Under the pieces are notes generated by a model. The model saw only the letters and a list, made by a program, of their open reading frames with translations. It made no database searches and had not been told where the DNA came from. A stretch of DNA of 64,000 nucleotides from an uncultured Gemmatimonadales bacterium (GTDB lineage Bacteria > Gemmatimonadota > Gemmatimonadetes > Gemmatimonadales > Gemmatimonadaceae). Numbering within the stretch: position 1 is the stretch's first letter; every line of letters starts with the position of its first letter. Made by a program: the position numbers and the translations under genes. Positions 1 to 10,763 of this stretch are shown here, piece after piece. Location of the stretch: the NCBI GenBank assembly GCA_963850905.1, contig CAWKMU010000003.1:3392001-3456000 (forward strand). Reading direction: 5' to 3'.

Positions 1-859
1 CGAAGCGCAGGGACACCTGGCCAATCTTGAGGCCCATCGTCACCCAACTCGCCTGCAAGTTGTCGACGTTGTTCAAGACGATGCGGGCCATCGCCACCGT
101 CCGGAGATAATCGACGGCGTCAGTCTTCGGCTGGCGCGACATCGTCGGCGTGTTCTCCGGCTGCAGCGGCCAGCAGATGAACGCGGTGAACCCACCCGTC
201 CGAGCCTGCACGTCGCGCACGCGCTCCAGATGCTCGATCCGCTCGGCCAGCGTCTCCCCGATCCCGTACATCATGGTGACGGACGTCTTCATGTGTTCCT
301 GATGCGCGATCTCCATGATCTCGAGCCACCGATCGGCGCCGGCCTTCTTCTTCGCCACCAGGTCACGGACGCGCTGCACCAGGATCTCGCCGCCACCCCC
401 GGGAATCGAATCGAGACCCGCAGCCTGCAACTCGCGAATCACCGTGCGCGCATCCATCCGGTACAGCTTGGCGAAGAAATCGATCTCGCTCGGGCTGAAG
501 CCGTGGATGTGAATCGGGTGATGCTCCTTGATGTAACGCATCAGGTTCAAGTACCACTCGAACTTGATGTAGGGATTGTGCCCCCCCTGGATGAGGATCT
601 GCACCCCACCCAGGGCCTTGGTTTCCTCGATCTTCTGGCCGATCTGCTCGTAGGAGAGCGTGTAGCCCTCGGGATGCTTGGGCCGCCGATAGAAAGCGCA
701 GAATCCGCAGTCTGCGACACAGACGTTCGTGTAGTTGATGTTGCGGTCGACGATGAACGTCACGACGTCGTCAGGATGCTTTTCGCGTCGAATGCGGTCC
801 GCTTCGGCCCCCAGCTCGAGGAGCGGTGCGTTCGTGTAGAAATCCAGGAGGTCGCGCAT
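1..859 (-). CDS. mqnC: Cyclic dehypoxanthine futalosine synthase (radical SAM), runs off the window edge
   Basis: Hand translation from ATG at 859 gives MRDLLDFYTNAPLLELGAEADRIRREKHPDDVVTFIVDRNINYTNVCVADCGFCAFYR, with a CxxxCxxC motif. It lies next to mqnA and mqnE. Not in the ORF track because the stop is outside the window. Confidence 0.9.
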   Translation of the reverse strand, partial: MRDLLDFYTNAPLLELGAEADRIRREKHPDDVVTFIVDRNINYTNVCVADCGFCAFYRRPKHPEGYTLSYEQIGQKIEETKALGGVQILIQGGHNPYIKFEWYLNLMRYIKEHHPIHIHGFSPSEIDFFAKLYRMDARTVIRELQAAGLDSIPGGGGEILVQRVRDLVAKKKAGADRWLEIMEIAHQEHMKTSVTMMYGIGETLAERIEHLERVRDVQARTGGFTAFICWPLQPENTPTMSRQPKTDAVDYLRTVAMARIVLNNVDNLQASWVTMGLKIGQVSLRF

Positions 860-937
860 GGCAATCACCCGATCGGGTCAGGGACCACAGGGACGATACA
901 CGGCACCACTGACCGCAGGCAATCGGCTGATGGGCCA

Positions 938-962
938 GCAGGGGCGACGCATGCGTCGCCCT
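938..962. repeat. Single REP-like palindrome GGGCGACGCATGCGTCGCCC
   Basis: Perfect 20-bp palindrome between mqnA and mqnC. Nearly identical to the units at 30654-30815. Confidence 0.75.
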
Positions 963-993
963 CCAGTGACAAGCGCCACGAGGAAGCGCACGC

Positions 994-1843
994 TCACGCC
1001 GCCGGCAGGAATGCCAGGGTGCTGTGCGGCACCTGGCCGGCGACTTCGAGGCGCCGGAAAAACTCCGTCAGCCCCGCCGAGATGCGGATACGACAACCGG
1101 TAATCGAGCCCCGACAGATACGCGAGACACGTCGCATCGGGGACGCCCGTCGCCGTCGCTGCCTGTGTGGCGAGCAGCGGCAAGTGATCCATGCCCCAAT
1201 CGCGGGAAGCGATCAACCCGCCGTGGACGGCCAACGCAGCTGCCACGGGCGTCGCACGGCGCGCCACCCAGACCGCGAACACGAACGGCAGGCCGGTCCA
1301 CCGTTTCCATTCCAGGCCGAGGTCATACGCGTAGGGGTACGTGACACCGGTCTTCCCGTCCGACAGCACGAGGGCGGCATCGCCGATGACCAACCGCGCT
1401 TCATGCGCCTCATCGCCGAATCGTGCGACGTCACTCACTTCCGCGTCGCCCGGGACGAATTGGGGCCGCGCGTGCCACACGTGCCGGAACAGGAGGTCCA
1501 GCAACCGGACACTCGTCATCGAGCTGCGGCTGACCAGGACCTGCTGTCCACTCAGCTCGGGCGCCGGTCGCTTGGCAAACAGCATCACGCTCCGCACCGG
1601 ACCGTCACACGAAATGGCGAGATCCGGCAGGAGCAGATACCGGTCGGAGTCACGGGCGTATTCCACGGCCGACACCACGCTCACGTCCAGACCGCCCTCG
1701 CTCATCAATCGATTGAGCGTGGTCGGGACACCATCGACAACGTGCGCGTCGAGCCGGACGATCCCGCGATCCACGGCGCCGTAGACGGGATAGCAGTTGA
1801 CGTAGGGAATCCGTCCGACGCACAGCGCCGATGCGTGCGTCAC
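994..1843 (-). CDS. mqnA: Chorismate dehydratase (menaquinone futalosine pathway); apparent frameshift near 1075
   Basis: VGRIPYVNCYPV, GPVRSVML, LVIGDAAL and DLGLEWKRWTGLPFVFAVW motifs. The C-terminus LTEFFRRL...LPAA* is in another frame. Confidence 0.88.
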
Positions 1844-1844
1844 G

Positions 1845-3068
1845 TCAGGCCGCCGCCGCGACCGCAGCGCCGCGCCCCGACGGATCGACGGGCGGTGATC
1901 CCTCGTCCGGCGGTGCACCGTCGAACGTTCGCAGGACGCGATAGAACGAATCCCGCTCGATGGGCACCTTGCGCGCCCCGCGAATGAGTCGGAGGATCTC
2001 GTCGAGCGACATCCCCTGCGCGGTGCGCGCACCTGCCTCATGGTAGATCTTCTCGCGCACCACCGTTCCTTCCAGGTCATCGACACCGAACGAGAGGGCC
2101 GTCTGCGACAGGAATGGCGTCACCATGATCCAGTGGGTCTTCACGTGTTCGATGTTGTCGAGGAAGAGACGGGCCACGGCCAGGTTGCGCAGATCGTCGA
2201 ACCCGGTGGTCGCTGTCCCCTGGCGGTTGAGGGTGACGCCGAGCTCGTTGTGGTCCGGGTGATACGCGAGAGGGATATAGGCGAGGAACCCACTGGTCTC
2301 ATCCTGTAGGGCGCGGAGCTGCGCCAGGTGCGCAATGCGATCCTCGACCGTCTCGACGTGCCCATACAGCATCGTGCAGTTGGACCGAATGCCGAGCCGG
2401 TGCGCGGTGCGGTGCACATCGAGCCATTCCCCGGCCGCCAGCTTCCGATCCGCGATCGTTGCGCGAACGGCCGCGCTGAAGACCTCGGCGCCTCCGCCGG
2501 GAAGCGTATCGAGCCCGGCCTCGCGCAGGGCGATCAGCAGGTCGCCGACCGACATCTTCTCGATGCGGGCAATGTGGGCCAACTCGACGGCGGTGAGTGC
2601 CTTGATGTGCACGTGGGGGTAGCGCGCCTTGAGCGCCCGAAACATCTCGGCGTAGTACGCGAGCCCCGCGTGCATGTCGAGGCCGCCGACAATGTGAAAT
2701 TCGCGGGTCAGCCCCTGGGCCGCCCCCTCGGCCTCCGCGAGGACTTGATCGAGCGTGTACCGGTACGCCCCGTCTTCCTTCGGAAGTCGTGCGTAGGAAC
2801 AGAAGACGCACGTCCTGCGGAGAATGCAGACGTTCGTCGGATTGATGTGCTGGTTCGCCGCGAAGGTGACCCGGTCGCCATGCCACGCGCGGTTGGCCGC
2901 GTCCGCCAATAGCCCCAGACCAAGCAGGTCCGGCGTCCGAAAAAGCGTCACGCCGTCGGCGTCGCTCAGCCGTTCACCACCTGCGACCCTGTCTGCGATC
3001 GGCTGTAGCGCCGGGTCCGTCAGACGGTCCCGGTCGACAGTCACCGCGCCCGGATGTGCGCCGCTCAC
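1845..3068 (-). CDS. mqnE: Aminofutalosine synthase (radical SAM, CofH/MqnE family)
   Basis: HINPTNVCILRRTCVFCSY, HIKALTAVE, LPGGGAEVF, NCTMLYGHVE, GTVVREKIYHEAGA. Confidence 0.88.
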   Translation of the reverse strand: MSGAHPGAVTVDRDRLTDPALQPIADRVAGGERLSDADGVTLFRTPDLLGLGLLADAANRAWHGDRVTFAANQHINPTNVCILRRTCVFCSYARLPKEDGAYRYTLDQVLAEAEGAAQGLTREFHIVGGLDMHAGLAYYAEMFRALKARYPHVHIKALTAVELAHIARIEKMSVGDLLIALREAGLDTLPGGGAEVFSAAVRATIADRKLAAGEWLDVHRTAHRLGIRSNCTMLYGHVETVEDRIAHLAQLRALQDETSGFLAYIPLAYHPDHNELGVTLNRQGTATTGFDDLRNLAVARLFLDNIEHVKTHWIMVTPFLSQTALSFGVDDLEGTVVREKIYHEAGARTAQGMSLDEILRLIRGARKVPIERDSFYRVLRTFDGAPPDEGSPPVDPSGRGAAVAAAA

Positions 3069-3203
3069 GTCACCCCCACCCCCCGGCTACGCTCACCGCG
3101 GGGGGGGCTGCCATCGGCCGTGCCACAGGCCAACGCCGACCCCGTCGGAGCGTAGGTTTGACCCCGAGCCAGCGTGTGGGCTATCGCGGGGTCCACAGTC
3201 AGC

Positions 3204-3443
3204 TCAGGCGCCGACCTTCTGGTTCAAATAGGCCATCGCGTCGCCGACCGTCTTGAGCTTCTCGGCGTCCTCATCCGGGATGTCGATGTTGAACTCCTTC
3301 TCGAACTCCATGACGAGCTCGACGATGTCGAGACTGTCGGCGCCGAGATCCTCGATGAAGTTCGCGTCGTCGGTCAGCTTGTCGCGCTCGACCCCCAACT
3401 CCTTCTCGATAATGTCCTTGACCTTCTCGGTGTTATCTGACAT
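3204..3443 (-). CDS. acpP: Acyl carrier protein
   Basis: [12 protein letters not shown]...[20 protein letters not shown] (phosphopantetheine DSL motif). Confidence 0.97.
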   Translation of the reverse strand: MSDNTEKVKDIIEKELGVERDKLTDDANFIEDLGADSLDIVELVMEFEKEFNIDIPDEDAEKLKTVGDAMAYLNQKVGA

Positions 3444-3550
3444 GCAACCCTCGGTGTGGTCCGGTAGTGGCTGACCGCCGTATGCCTCGGGGAATCTAAC
3501 CACAGCCAACGGTCAGCGGCCAGCGGCACGGGCGCTTCGCGCCCACGCCC

Positions 3551-4288
3551 TTACGCCGCCATCCCCCCGTCCACGACAAATACCTGTCCGGTGATGTAGG
3601 ACGCCGCGTCCGACGCGAGAAACGTGACCAGATTCGCGACATCGGCCGGCGTCCCCAGCCGCGCCAACGGGATCTGCTGCTGTAACGCGGACCGCGCGTC
3701 GGCGCCCATGGCGGCCGTCATATCCGTTTCAATGAAGCCGGGCGCCACGACGTTCGCCAGCACGTTCCGGGAGGCGAGCTCACGGGCGACGGACTTGGTG
3801 AATCCGATCAGGCCCGCTTTGCTCGCCGCGTAGTTGGATTGGCCTTTGTTGCCCATGAGGCCGACGATGCTGGAGATGTTGATGATCCGACCCCAGCGGC
3901 GCTTCATCATGCCCCGCGCAGCGGCGCGCGACGTGGCAAACGCACTCCGCAGATTCGCGTCGAGGACCTCGGTCCAATCAGCGTCCTTGAGCCGCGGCAA
4001 GATGTTGTCTCGAGTCACGCCTGCATTGTTGACGAGAATGTCCAGCGACCCGAAGGCACGCTCGGCCGCGTCGATGAGCGCGCTCACGGCGGCCAGATCC
4101 GTCACGTCGCACCCGAAACCCTGCGCTCCGCGCCCGATCGTGTTGGCAACCTCTCCCGCGCGCGAAGCGTCGCGCCCGACGACCGCCACCCTGGCCCCCG
4201 CGTCGGCGAGCGACTCGGCGATCGCGCGCCCAATGCCGCGGGTGCTTCCGGTCACGAGGGCGGCCCGACCGGCCATATCGATTTTCAT
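3551..4288 (-). CDS. fabG: 3-oxoacyl-ACP reductase
   Basis: TGSTRGIG, NNAGVTRD and NYAASKAG SDR motifs; fab operon context. Confidence 0.95.
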   Translation of the reverse strand: MKIDMAGRAALVTGSTRGIGRAIAESLADAGARVAVVGRDASRAGEVANTIGRGAQGFGCDVTDLAAVSALIDAAERAFGSLDILVNNAGVTRDNILPRLKDADWTEVLDANLRSAFATSRAAARGMMKRRWGRIINISSIVGLMGNKGQSNYAASKAGLIGFTKSVARELASRNVLANVVAPGFIETDMTAAMGADARSALQQQIPLARLGTPADVANLVTFLASDAASYITGQVFVVDGGMAA

Positions 4289-5227
4289 GAGCCCACCTGC
4301 GTCAGAAGGTCTTCGACGTCCGCTGCGGTCCCGCAGGTAGCGGTCGCGACGCCCGGCGCAATGCGCTTGACGAGGCCGGTCAGGACCGCGCCCGGGCCCA
4401 TCTCGACGAAGATGGCTTGGGGGTAGACGGTCGCCATTTCGTGCACCACGTCCATCCACCGAACGGGGGACGTGAGCTGGCGCAGGAGCCGATCGCGAGC
4501 GGTGCTCGCCGTCGTCGAGGCCTGCGCATCGACGTTGGAGTAGATGGGCACAATCGGGTCCGACAGATCGGCAGCCTTCAGGGCGTCGCGCAGACCCCGC
4601 TCGGACGGCGCCATGAGCGGAGAATGAAACGCGCCACTGACCGGCAAGCGCACCGCGCGTTTCGCCCCGTGTTGTTTCGCCAGCGCCATCACGCACTCGA
4701 CACCCGCGACTTCTCCCGAGACAACGGTCTGCTCAGCGGTGTTGTAGTTCGCCGGGACCACTTCGCCGACCTCGGCCGACGCTTGGGCGCAGAGCACATC
4801 GATCGAGGTGGTGAGGTCGCCGAGGATCGCCGCCATCGCGCCGGGCCGCGCGTCTCCCGCCTCCCGCATGAGCGCGCCCCGCCTGCGCACCAGTCGCGCA
4901 CCCGACGCGAGGGGCAATGCTCCAGCAGCGTGATACGCCGTGAACTCGCCCAGGGAATGGCCCGCGGCGGCGCGCACCGAAGGGCCAGAGCCGGTCCTTC
5001 GTCACCGCCCAGGCAGCCGCCCCGTGCGCGAACAACGCCGGCTGCGCATTGTCAGTCATCGTCAACTCGTCGGCCGGGCCCTCGAAGCAGAGGCGGCTGA
5101 GCGGGGTGCCGAGCGCCGCGTCCACCGCCTCGAAGACGGCCCGCGCGACCGGAAAGGCATCCGCCAGATCCCGGCCCATCCCTGGCTTTTGCGATCCTTG
5201 TCCTGGGAACAACAGGACGATGTCCAT
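4285..5227 (-). CDS. fabD: Malonyl-CoA:ACP transacylase; frameshift near 4980
   Basis: LFPGQGSQ N-terminus (ORF 4733..5227) and GHSLGE, VSGAFHS (ORF 4285..4977). Confidence 0.93.
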
Positions 5228-6286
5228 TAGCTCGTGCCGGTCGCGCCAACTCCACTCACATCAGTCCCAGCGTCACGGCGGGCGGAAGCAGCGAGCCGCC
5301 GGCCAATGTGCGCCGACAGGTCGGTCTCGACACCTCGCAGCGCCACCTTGATCGCGTTCTTCATCGCGCGGTCACTCGACTTCCCGTGCGAGATGATGCT
5401 GACTCCACAAACCCCGAGGAGTGGCGCGCCGCCGCGCTCCGCGTAGTCGAGCGTCGCCATGGCCGCCCGCAATGCATCGCGCTGCAGCCCGTGACGGATC
5501 AGCAACTCGCCCATGAGAGTCGGAACCGCCTCGTAGAACTTGAGAAGCACGTTGCCGACGAAACCGTCGCAGACGACGACATCGATCGGTCCCCGTTCGC
5601 TCGCGCCGGCGATGACGTCGCGACCCTCGACGTTCCCCTGAAAATTGAGTCCTGCGGTGCGGAGCAGCTGGTGGGCTTCCTTGACCGCTTTGCTGCCCTT
5701 CTCTGGCTCTTCGCCGACACTGAGGAGTCCGATGGACGGCGCGGTCCGCTCCAGAAAGTCTTCCGCGTACACCGCCCCCAGTCGCGCGAATTGCACCAGC
5801 TCTTCGGCCGAGCAGTCGACGTTGGCGCCGCTATCGATCACCACGACGGGCCGCCGAGCCGTGGGAAAGACCGTGCCGATCGCGGGACGACGGAGTCCCG
5901 GATGCAGTCCCAGTAATTCCTTGGACGCCGCCATCTGCGCGCCGGTGTTGCCGGCGGACACAAACGCGTCGGATCCCCCCTCTGCCTGCAGTCGCAGGCC
6001 GACAACCATCGAGCTCTTGGGCTTGCCGCGCAGCGCGACGGACGGTCGGTCCGTCATCTCGATCACGTCCGGGGCGTCGATCACGTCACACCGATCTCGG
6101 TGCGGTGCCAGCGCTGCGAGCTCACCTGCCAGCAGCGGCATCGAGCTCGCCCACAATGACCTGACGGCGCCCGACGAGTTGGATGCGATGACTTGCATCG
6201 AGCTCCGCGAGTGCCTGGAGCGCGCCTGCGATCGGCGCACGGGGGGCAAAGTCTCCCCCCATGACGTCCAGCGCGATCCGCGCCAA
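5227..6286 (-). CDS. plsX: Phosphate acyltransferase; frameshift near 6135
   Basis: LARIALDVMGGDFAP start, then SAGNTGA, DSGANVD, CDGFVGN, GGAPLLG, HGKS. Confidence 0.93.
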
Positions 6287-6288
6287 CT

Positions 6289-6471
6289 CTATGCTTCCCG
6301 GGCTGCGACTCGCTGTTGGCCCGCGTAGTACCCGCACTCGGCACACACGTGGTGTGAGAGTTTCGGGCTCTGACACCGCGGGCAAGGCTGTAGCGCGATC
6401 GCGGGCGCAACCTTGTGCGTGTTGCGCGCGCGCTTCTTTCGTTTTGAGGTCCGGCGTTTCGGTACGGCCAT
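6289..6471 (-). CDS. rpmF: 50S ribosomal protein L32 (Zn-ribbon type)
   Basis: MAVPKRRTSK...CPRC...CAECGYY. Confidence 0.97.
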   Translation of the reverse strand: MAVPKRRTSKRKKRARNTHKVAPAIALQPCPRCQSPKLSHHVCAECGYYAGQQRVAAREA

Positions 6472-6595
6472 TGGTCAGGTTTGCTCTAGGCTAAAGCGAG
6501 GAAGGACAGGATCAAGAAAGTGACTGCACAAGCGTTACACGAGCGTTGATGATATCGACGGGCAACGCACCGCACTCCGCACGGCCGGTGGCCGT

Positions 6596-7132
6596 TCAGG
6601 ACGTGCCATCGGCGCCGCTGTCCGAGCCGCCACGACCGCCGACGTGCCGCAGCACCGCCCACCGGTCGTCGACGGCTGGCGGACACCCGCACGGGCCGGC
6701 GTTGAGATCGGCACCGCACGACGCGCAGAGCCCTGCGCAATCGTCACGACACTGCACAAACGCCGGTGCGCTCAAAAGCCACTGCTCGCGGATCGCTGGA
6801 CGTAAATCGAGCTCATGCGTACGAGGATCAAATTCAAACACGTCCGGGTCGTCGGTCGTCTCTTCGCCCATTTCCGCACACACCAACTGCACGCGCTCGT
6901 CGACCGCCGCGTTGACATCTTGCAGGCAGCGCCGACACCTATCCTGAACCGTACCGGTGATGCGGCCGCTAAAGTAAAAACGGCCAGGGCCAGCCGAAGA
7001 GAGCCGCCCCTTCACCTGCACGCCATCCGTCGGCCGTCGGTCTGACTCCTCCCACACCGCGTCGCTGGACGGTAACACGTCGTCGACCGCGGCAGCAGCG
7101 GACGCCAGGTCGCGGAGGTCGAATACCAGCAT
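6596..7132 (-). CDS. yceD: DUF177/YceD family metal-binding protein
   Basis: CRRCL and C-x3-C-GLC-x2-CG-DLN...C-C...DDRW; the usual position upstream of rpmF. Confidence 0.9.
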   Translation of the reverse strand: MLVFDLRDLASAAAAVDDVLPSSDAVWEESDRRPTDGVQVKGRLSSAGPGRFYFSGRITGTVQDRCRRCLQDVNAAVDERVQLVCAEMGEETTDDPDVFEFDPRTHELDLRPAIREQWLLSAPAFVQCRDDCAGLCASCGADLNAGPCGCPPAVDDRWAVLRHVGGRGGSDSGADGTS

Positions 7133-7231
7133 AACCTCGAAATGTAGACACGGCGTGAACATGAATCAAGTTCCGTCGCCGCGCAGAGTTACGAGCCCGA
7201 AGTACCCCCGCGCACAGAACGCCGGAACGCT

Positions 7232-7662
7232 TCACCGCGCTCGCAGCAACTCGCTCTCCGAGAAGAAGAACCGCTCTTCGCGCGCTGCATTCTCGTCGGA
7301 ATCGGAGGCGTGTATCGCGTTCCGCTCCTTCGACTCGGCGTACAAGCTGTCGGACCGTGCCGTGCTCGGCCTCGGCAGGGTCGGTCGCCCCAATCATGTG
7401 CCGAAGCGTCGCGACCGCATCGGCACGGGTGAGCACCACCGGCATGCAGGGACCCGATGTCATGAAGCCGACCAGCGACGCATAGAACGGACGCTCGCGG
7501 TGCACGGCGTAGAATGCGCCGGCTTCGTCAGCACTCAGGCGAACGACGCGCGCCGCCGCGACGCGAAAACCAGCCTCTTCGAGGTGCGCGATGACTTTGC
7601 CCGCGAGCCGGCGCCCCAGCGCGTCCGGCTTGATGATGGCCAGTGTGCGGTCGAGATGGCAT
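7232..7662 (-). CDS. ndk: Nucleoside diphosphate kinase; frameshifted
   Basis: [32 protein letters not shown], and the catalytic NAIHASDS, across shifted frames. Confidence 0.92.
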
Positions 7663-7709
7663 GAGGAAAGGTGGTGAGCTTGATGAGGGGCGGCCTCGGG
7701 GCGCCCGTT

Positions 7710-8606
7710 TTACGATCCGATCAATTTACGCACGATGTCACCGCGAGTGAGCAAGCCGACGAGGCGCCCCTCGCGTACAACGGGCACACGAGGCAGGTCC
7801 TTGTTGACCATGAGCGACGCGGCCTCGGCCAATGGTTGGTCCGGCGATACGCACAGGACCTGGCGTGTCATGACCTCGCGCACGGTTCGGCGGGCGTCCT
7901 TGGCGATGGGATTTGGCGTCCGGACCGACGCCCCCATCTCCCGCCGCAGATACGTCCCGAGGAGATCGCCGATGAGCTCCCGATCGGTCAGCATCCCGAG
8001 CAGCTGTCCATTCTCATCGACCACCGGCAGGGCACTGATGCGCGCGCGCGCCATGTCCCGCGCCGCGTCGCGGAGCGGCGCATCGGGTCGCGTGACCTGC
8101 AGCCGCTCGCTCATGAGCTCCCGCACCATGAGCTGATGCGGCAGCTCGTACTCGCGTAGCTCGGGGAGGGCCAGCAGAGCTTCAGCCGACGGCTGGGCGA
8201 GCACGTGATCGACACGCTCGGCGCTGGACAGAAAGCGCGCGAAGGCGCCGACGACCTGGAGATACCGCGCCGCAAAGCGCGGCGGGGCGACGACGAGCAG
8301 AATCACACGCGCGCATTGCCGCTCTGCCTCCGTCAGCTCACGACAGATCTGCTCGGGTGACGTGCCGAGCGCAACACACAATGTCGGCGCCACGTCGATC
8401 CGGTAGTGCAGCAGGAAGGCGCGATCCCCCATCGCGACGAGGTCTTCTGGCCGCTCTTCGTTCATGCGGCGACGCAGCTTGTCCGCGTCGGTCACGGCGC
8501 CAGTGGCGACGAGCCGGTCACGGAGGATGCGCGCCGCACCCTCCACGGTGTCGGCCTCGAGCGGTACGACCGTGTGGTCCGTGCGGAGGAAGTCCGCCAG
8601 ATTCAC
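7710..8606 (-). CDS. PTS EIIA-like domain fused to a tandem CBS (Bateman) pair
   Basis: The N-terminal half resembles EIIA(Ntr/Fru): LADFL...AFLLHYR...VILLVVAP...YLQVVGAFARFL. The C-terminal half has two CBS repeats: VRELMS...LPVVDENGQLLGMLT and VREVMT...VPVVREGRLVGLLTRGDI. Confidence 0.78.
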   Translation of the reverse strand: MNLADFLRTDHTVVPLEADTVEGAARILRDRLVATGAVTDADKLRRRMNEERPEDLVAMGDRAFLLHYRIDVAPTLCVALGTSPEQICRELTEAERQCARVILLVVAPPRFAARYLQVVGAFARFLSSAERVDHVLAQPSAEALLALPELREYELPHQLMVRELMSERLQVTRPDAPLRDAARDMARARISALPVVDENGQLLGMLTDRELIGDLLGTYLRREMGASVRTPNPIAKDARRTVREVMTRQVLCVSPDQPLAEAASLMVNKDLPRVPVVREGRLVGLLTRGDIVRKLIGS

Positions 8607-8610
8607 CCGC

Positions 8611-9508
8611 TCACTCCGGCGTTGAGCCCAGCCGCTCGCGGAGCAGTGGCACGACATCGGCCGGCCGCTCCGCCACAGGGATCCCTGCCTCGGTCAGCGC
8701 GTGGACTTTTTCGGCCGCTGTCCCGGTCGCGCCCGAAATGATCGCTCCCGCGTGCCCCATCCGCCGGCCTGGCGGCGCGGTACGTCCGGCAATGAAGCCC
8801 ACGACGGGCTTGCGTCATGTGCTCCGCGACGTAACGCGCCGCGTCCTGCTCGTCGGTCCCTCCGATCTCACCGATCATCACGACCCCGACGGTGGCCGGA
8901 TCGCCTCGAATGCCTCGAGACAATCGATGAAATTCGTCCCGTTGATCGGATCTCCGCCAATGCCGACGCACGTCGTCTGCCCCAAGCCCGACACGTGTGA
9001 GATGATACACGACCTCGTAGGTCAACGTCCCGGACCGACTCACGAGGCCGATGGGGCCAGGCGCGCAGATCCTCCCCGGGATGATGCCGACTTTGCATGC
9101 GCCGGGCGAGATGAGTCCGGGGCAATTCGGTCCGATCAGCCGAGCGCCGTGATCGCGCACGAACGGATAGACCCGCGTCATGTCGAGCACGGGCACGCCT
9201 TCCGTGATGCAGACGATGAGCGGGATGCCCGCCGCCGCAGCCTCCATAATGGCGTCCGCCGCGTACAACGGCGGCACGTAGATCACCGTCGACGTTGGCG
9301 CCCGTGTCTTCCGGCAGCGCTCTGCGACCGTGTTGTAGATCCGGATGCGCATCGGCCCATCGTCGAAGGTCTGTCCGCCCTTGCCCGGCGTGACTCCTCC
9401 GACGACGACAGTCCCGTACTCCGCCATCTGGCGCGTATGGAACGACCCATCGCGACCGGTGATGCCCTGCACGAGGAGTCGGGTGCTGCGATCGATGAAG
9501 ATGCTCAC
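8611..9508 (-). CDS. sucD: Succinyl-CoA synthetase alpha subunit; several frameshifts
   Basis: [31 protein letters not shown], and phospho-His motif RMGHAGA. Confidence 0.93.
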
Positions 9509-10656
9509 GCCGCCCTCCCCGCCCCGACAGTCGCCACGGCAGCGCGCACCGCCTCGTCCATGTCCGTCATCGCGGACAGTCCCGCGCTGGCCAGGATGCG
9601 GACGGCCACCTCCTCGTTGGTGCCCGGTGAGGCGAATCACGATCGGCACGGGCAATGGGTGCTGCTTGATGGCCGACACGATCCCCGTCGCCACGTCGTC
9701 GGTCCGCGTGATACCACCGAAAATGTTGAAGAGGATCACGCGCACCGCCGGGTCGCTCGTGATGATCCGAAGCGCGTTCACGACTTTTTCCGGGTTCGAC
9801 GAGCCGCCGATGTCGAGAAAGTTGGCAGGCTCACCGCCATAATACTTGACGAGATCCATCGTCGCCATCGCCAGGCCAGCGCCATTGACGACGCAGCCGA
9901 CGTTTCCATCGAGCTTGATAAAGGTCAGATTCGCCTTGACGCGCCGCAATTTCGCTCGGCGCTTCGGCGCTCTCGTCGCGCAGCGCCGCCAGATCCGGAT
10001 GCCGCTCCAGCTCGTTGTCGTCGATGGACATCTTCGCATCCACCGCCACCAGCTCGCCCGCCCTTTCGTGGTCACCAGCGGATTGATCTCCACCAGCGAC
10101 GCACCGTGCTCCATGAACGCCGCGTAGAGCTGCCGGAGGATACGAGCCGCGGCCCGCACCTGTCGCACGTCCTTGTACAGGAAAAAGCCGAGCTCCATCG
10201 CCTCGAAGCTCGATGAGGCCATAGCGGGGATCGACCGCAAGGCGGCGGATGCGATCAGGCGTCGTCGCCGCCACCTCCTCGATGTCGATGCCGCCCGCGG
10301 GGCTCACCATCACCACTGGTCGCTTCGAAGCTCGATCGACGATGATGCCGACGTACGACTCTGCCGCGATGTCGGCGGCCTGCGCGACGAGCACGCGCTG
10401 CACGACGAGACCCTTGATCGACATGCCGAGAATGCGCTCGGCGGCGGCCCGGGCTTCTGCCGGCGTCTTGGCGAGCTTGACACCGCCCGCCTTCCCCCGT
10501 CCGCCGGCGTGCACCTGCGCTTTGATCACGACCGCGCCCGTCGGCGCGACGAGCGATCGCCTCGGCCTCGGCGGGAGTCGCCGCGACTTCGCCCGGCTGC
10601 ACCGGAATGCCGGCCTGGCGGAGCAGCTCCTTCGCCTGGTACTCGTGAATGTTCAC
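9505..10656 (-). CDS. sucC: Succinyl-CoA synthetase beta subunit; several frameshifts
   Basis: [55 protein letters not shown]. Confidence 0.93.
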
Positions 10657-10722
10657 GTACGCTGATCTCCTAGTTGATGCACAGCGGTCATCGGGGCCGC
10701 TCGAAGGTTGCACAATGCCAAA

Positions 10723-10756
10723 CGTCCAGCGTCCAGCGTCTAACGTCCAGCGTCTG
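10723..10756. repeat. Heptamer tandem repeat CGTC(C/T)A(G/A) x5
   Basis: cgtccag cgtccag cgtctaa cgtccag cgtctg, intergenic between UPF0182 and sucC. Confidence 0.8.
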
Positions 10757-10763
10757 TTCCGTG

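Noticed and set aside
230..1987. Long plus-strand ORF (585 aa) and similar antisense ORFs (8357-10216, 23042-24463, 33359-35224, 53259-54641)
   Set aside because: These are shadow ORFs opposite well-supported genes in high-GC DNA and have no recognisable motifs.
8603..10240. Apparent SucC-SucD fusion ORF
   Set aside because: It is a chimera of shifted frames, and sucD has its own GTG start at 9508.
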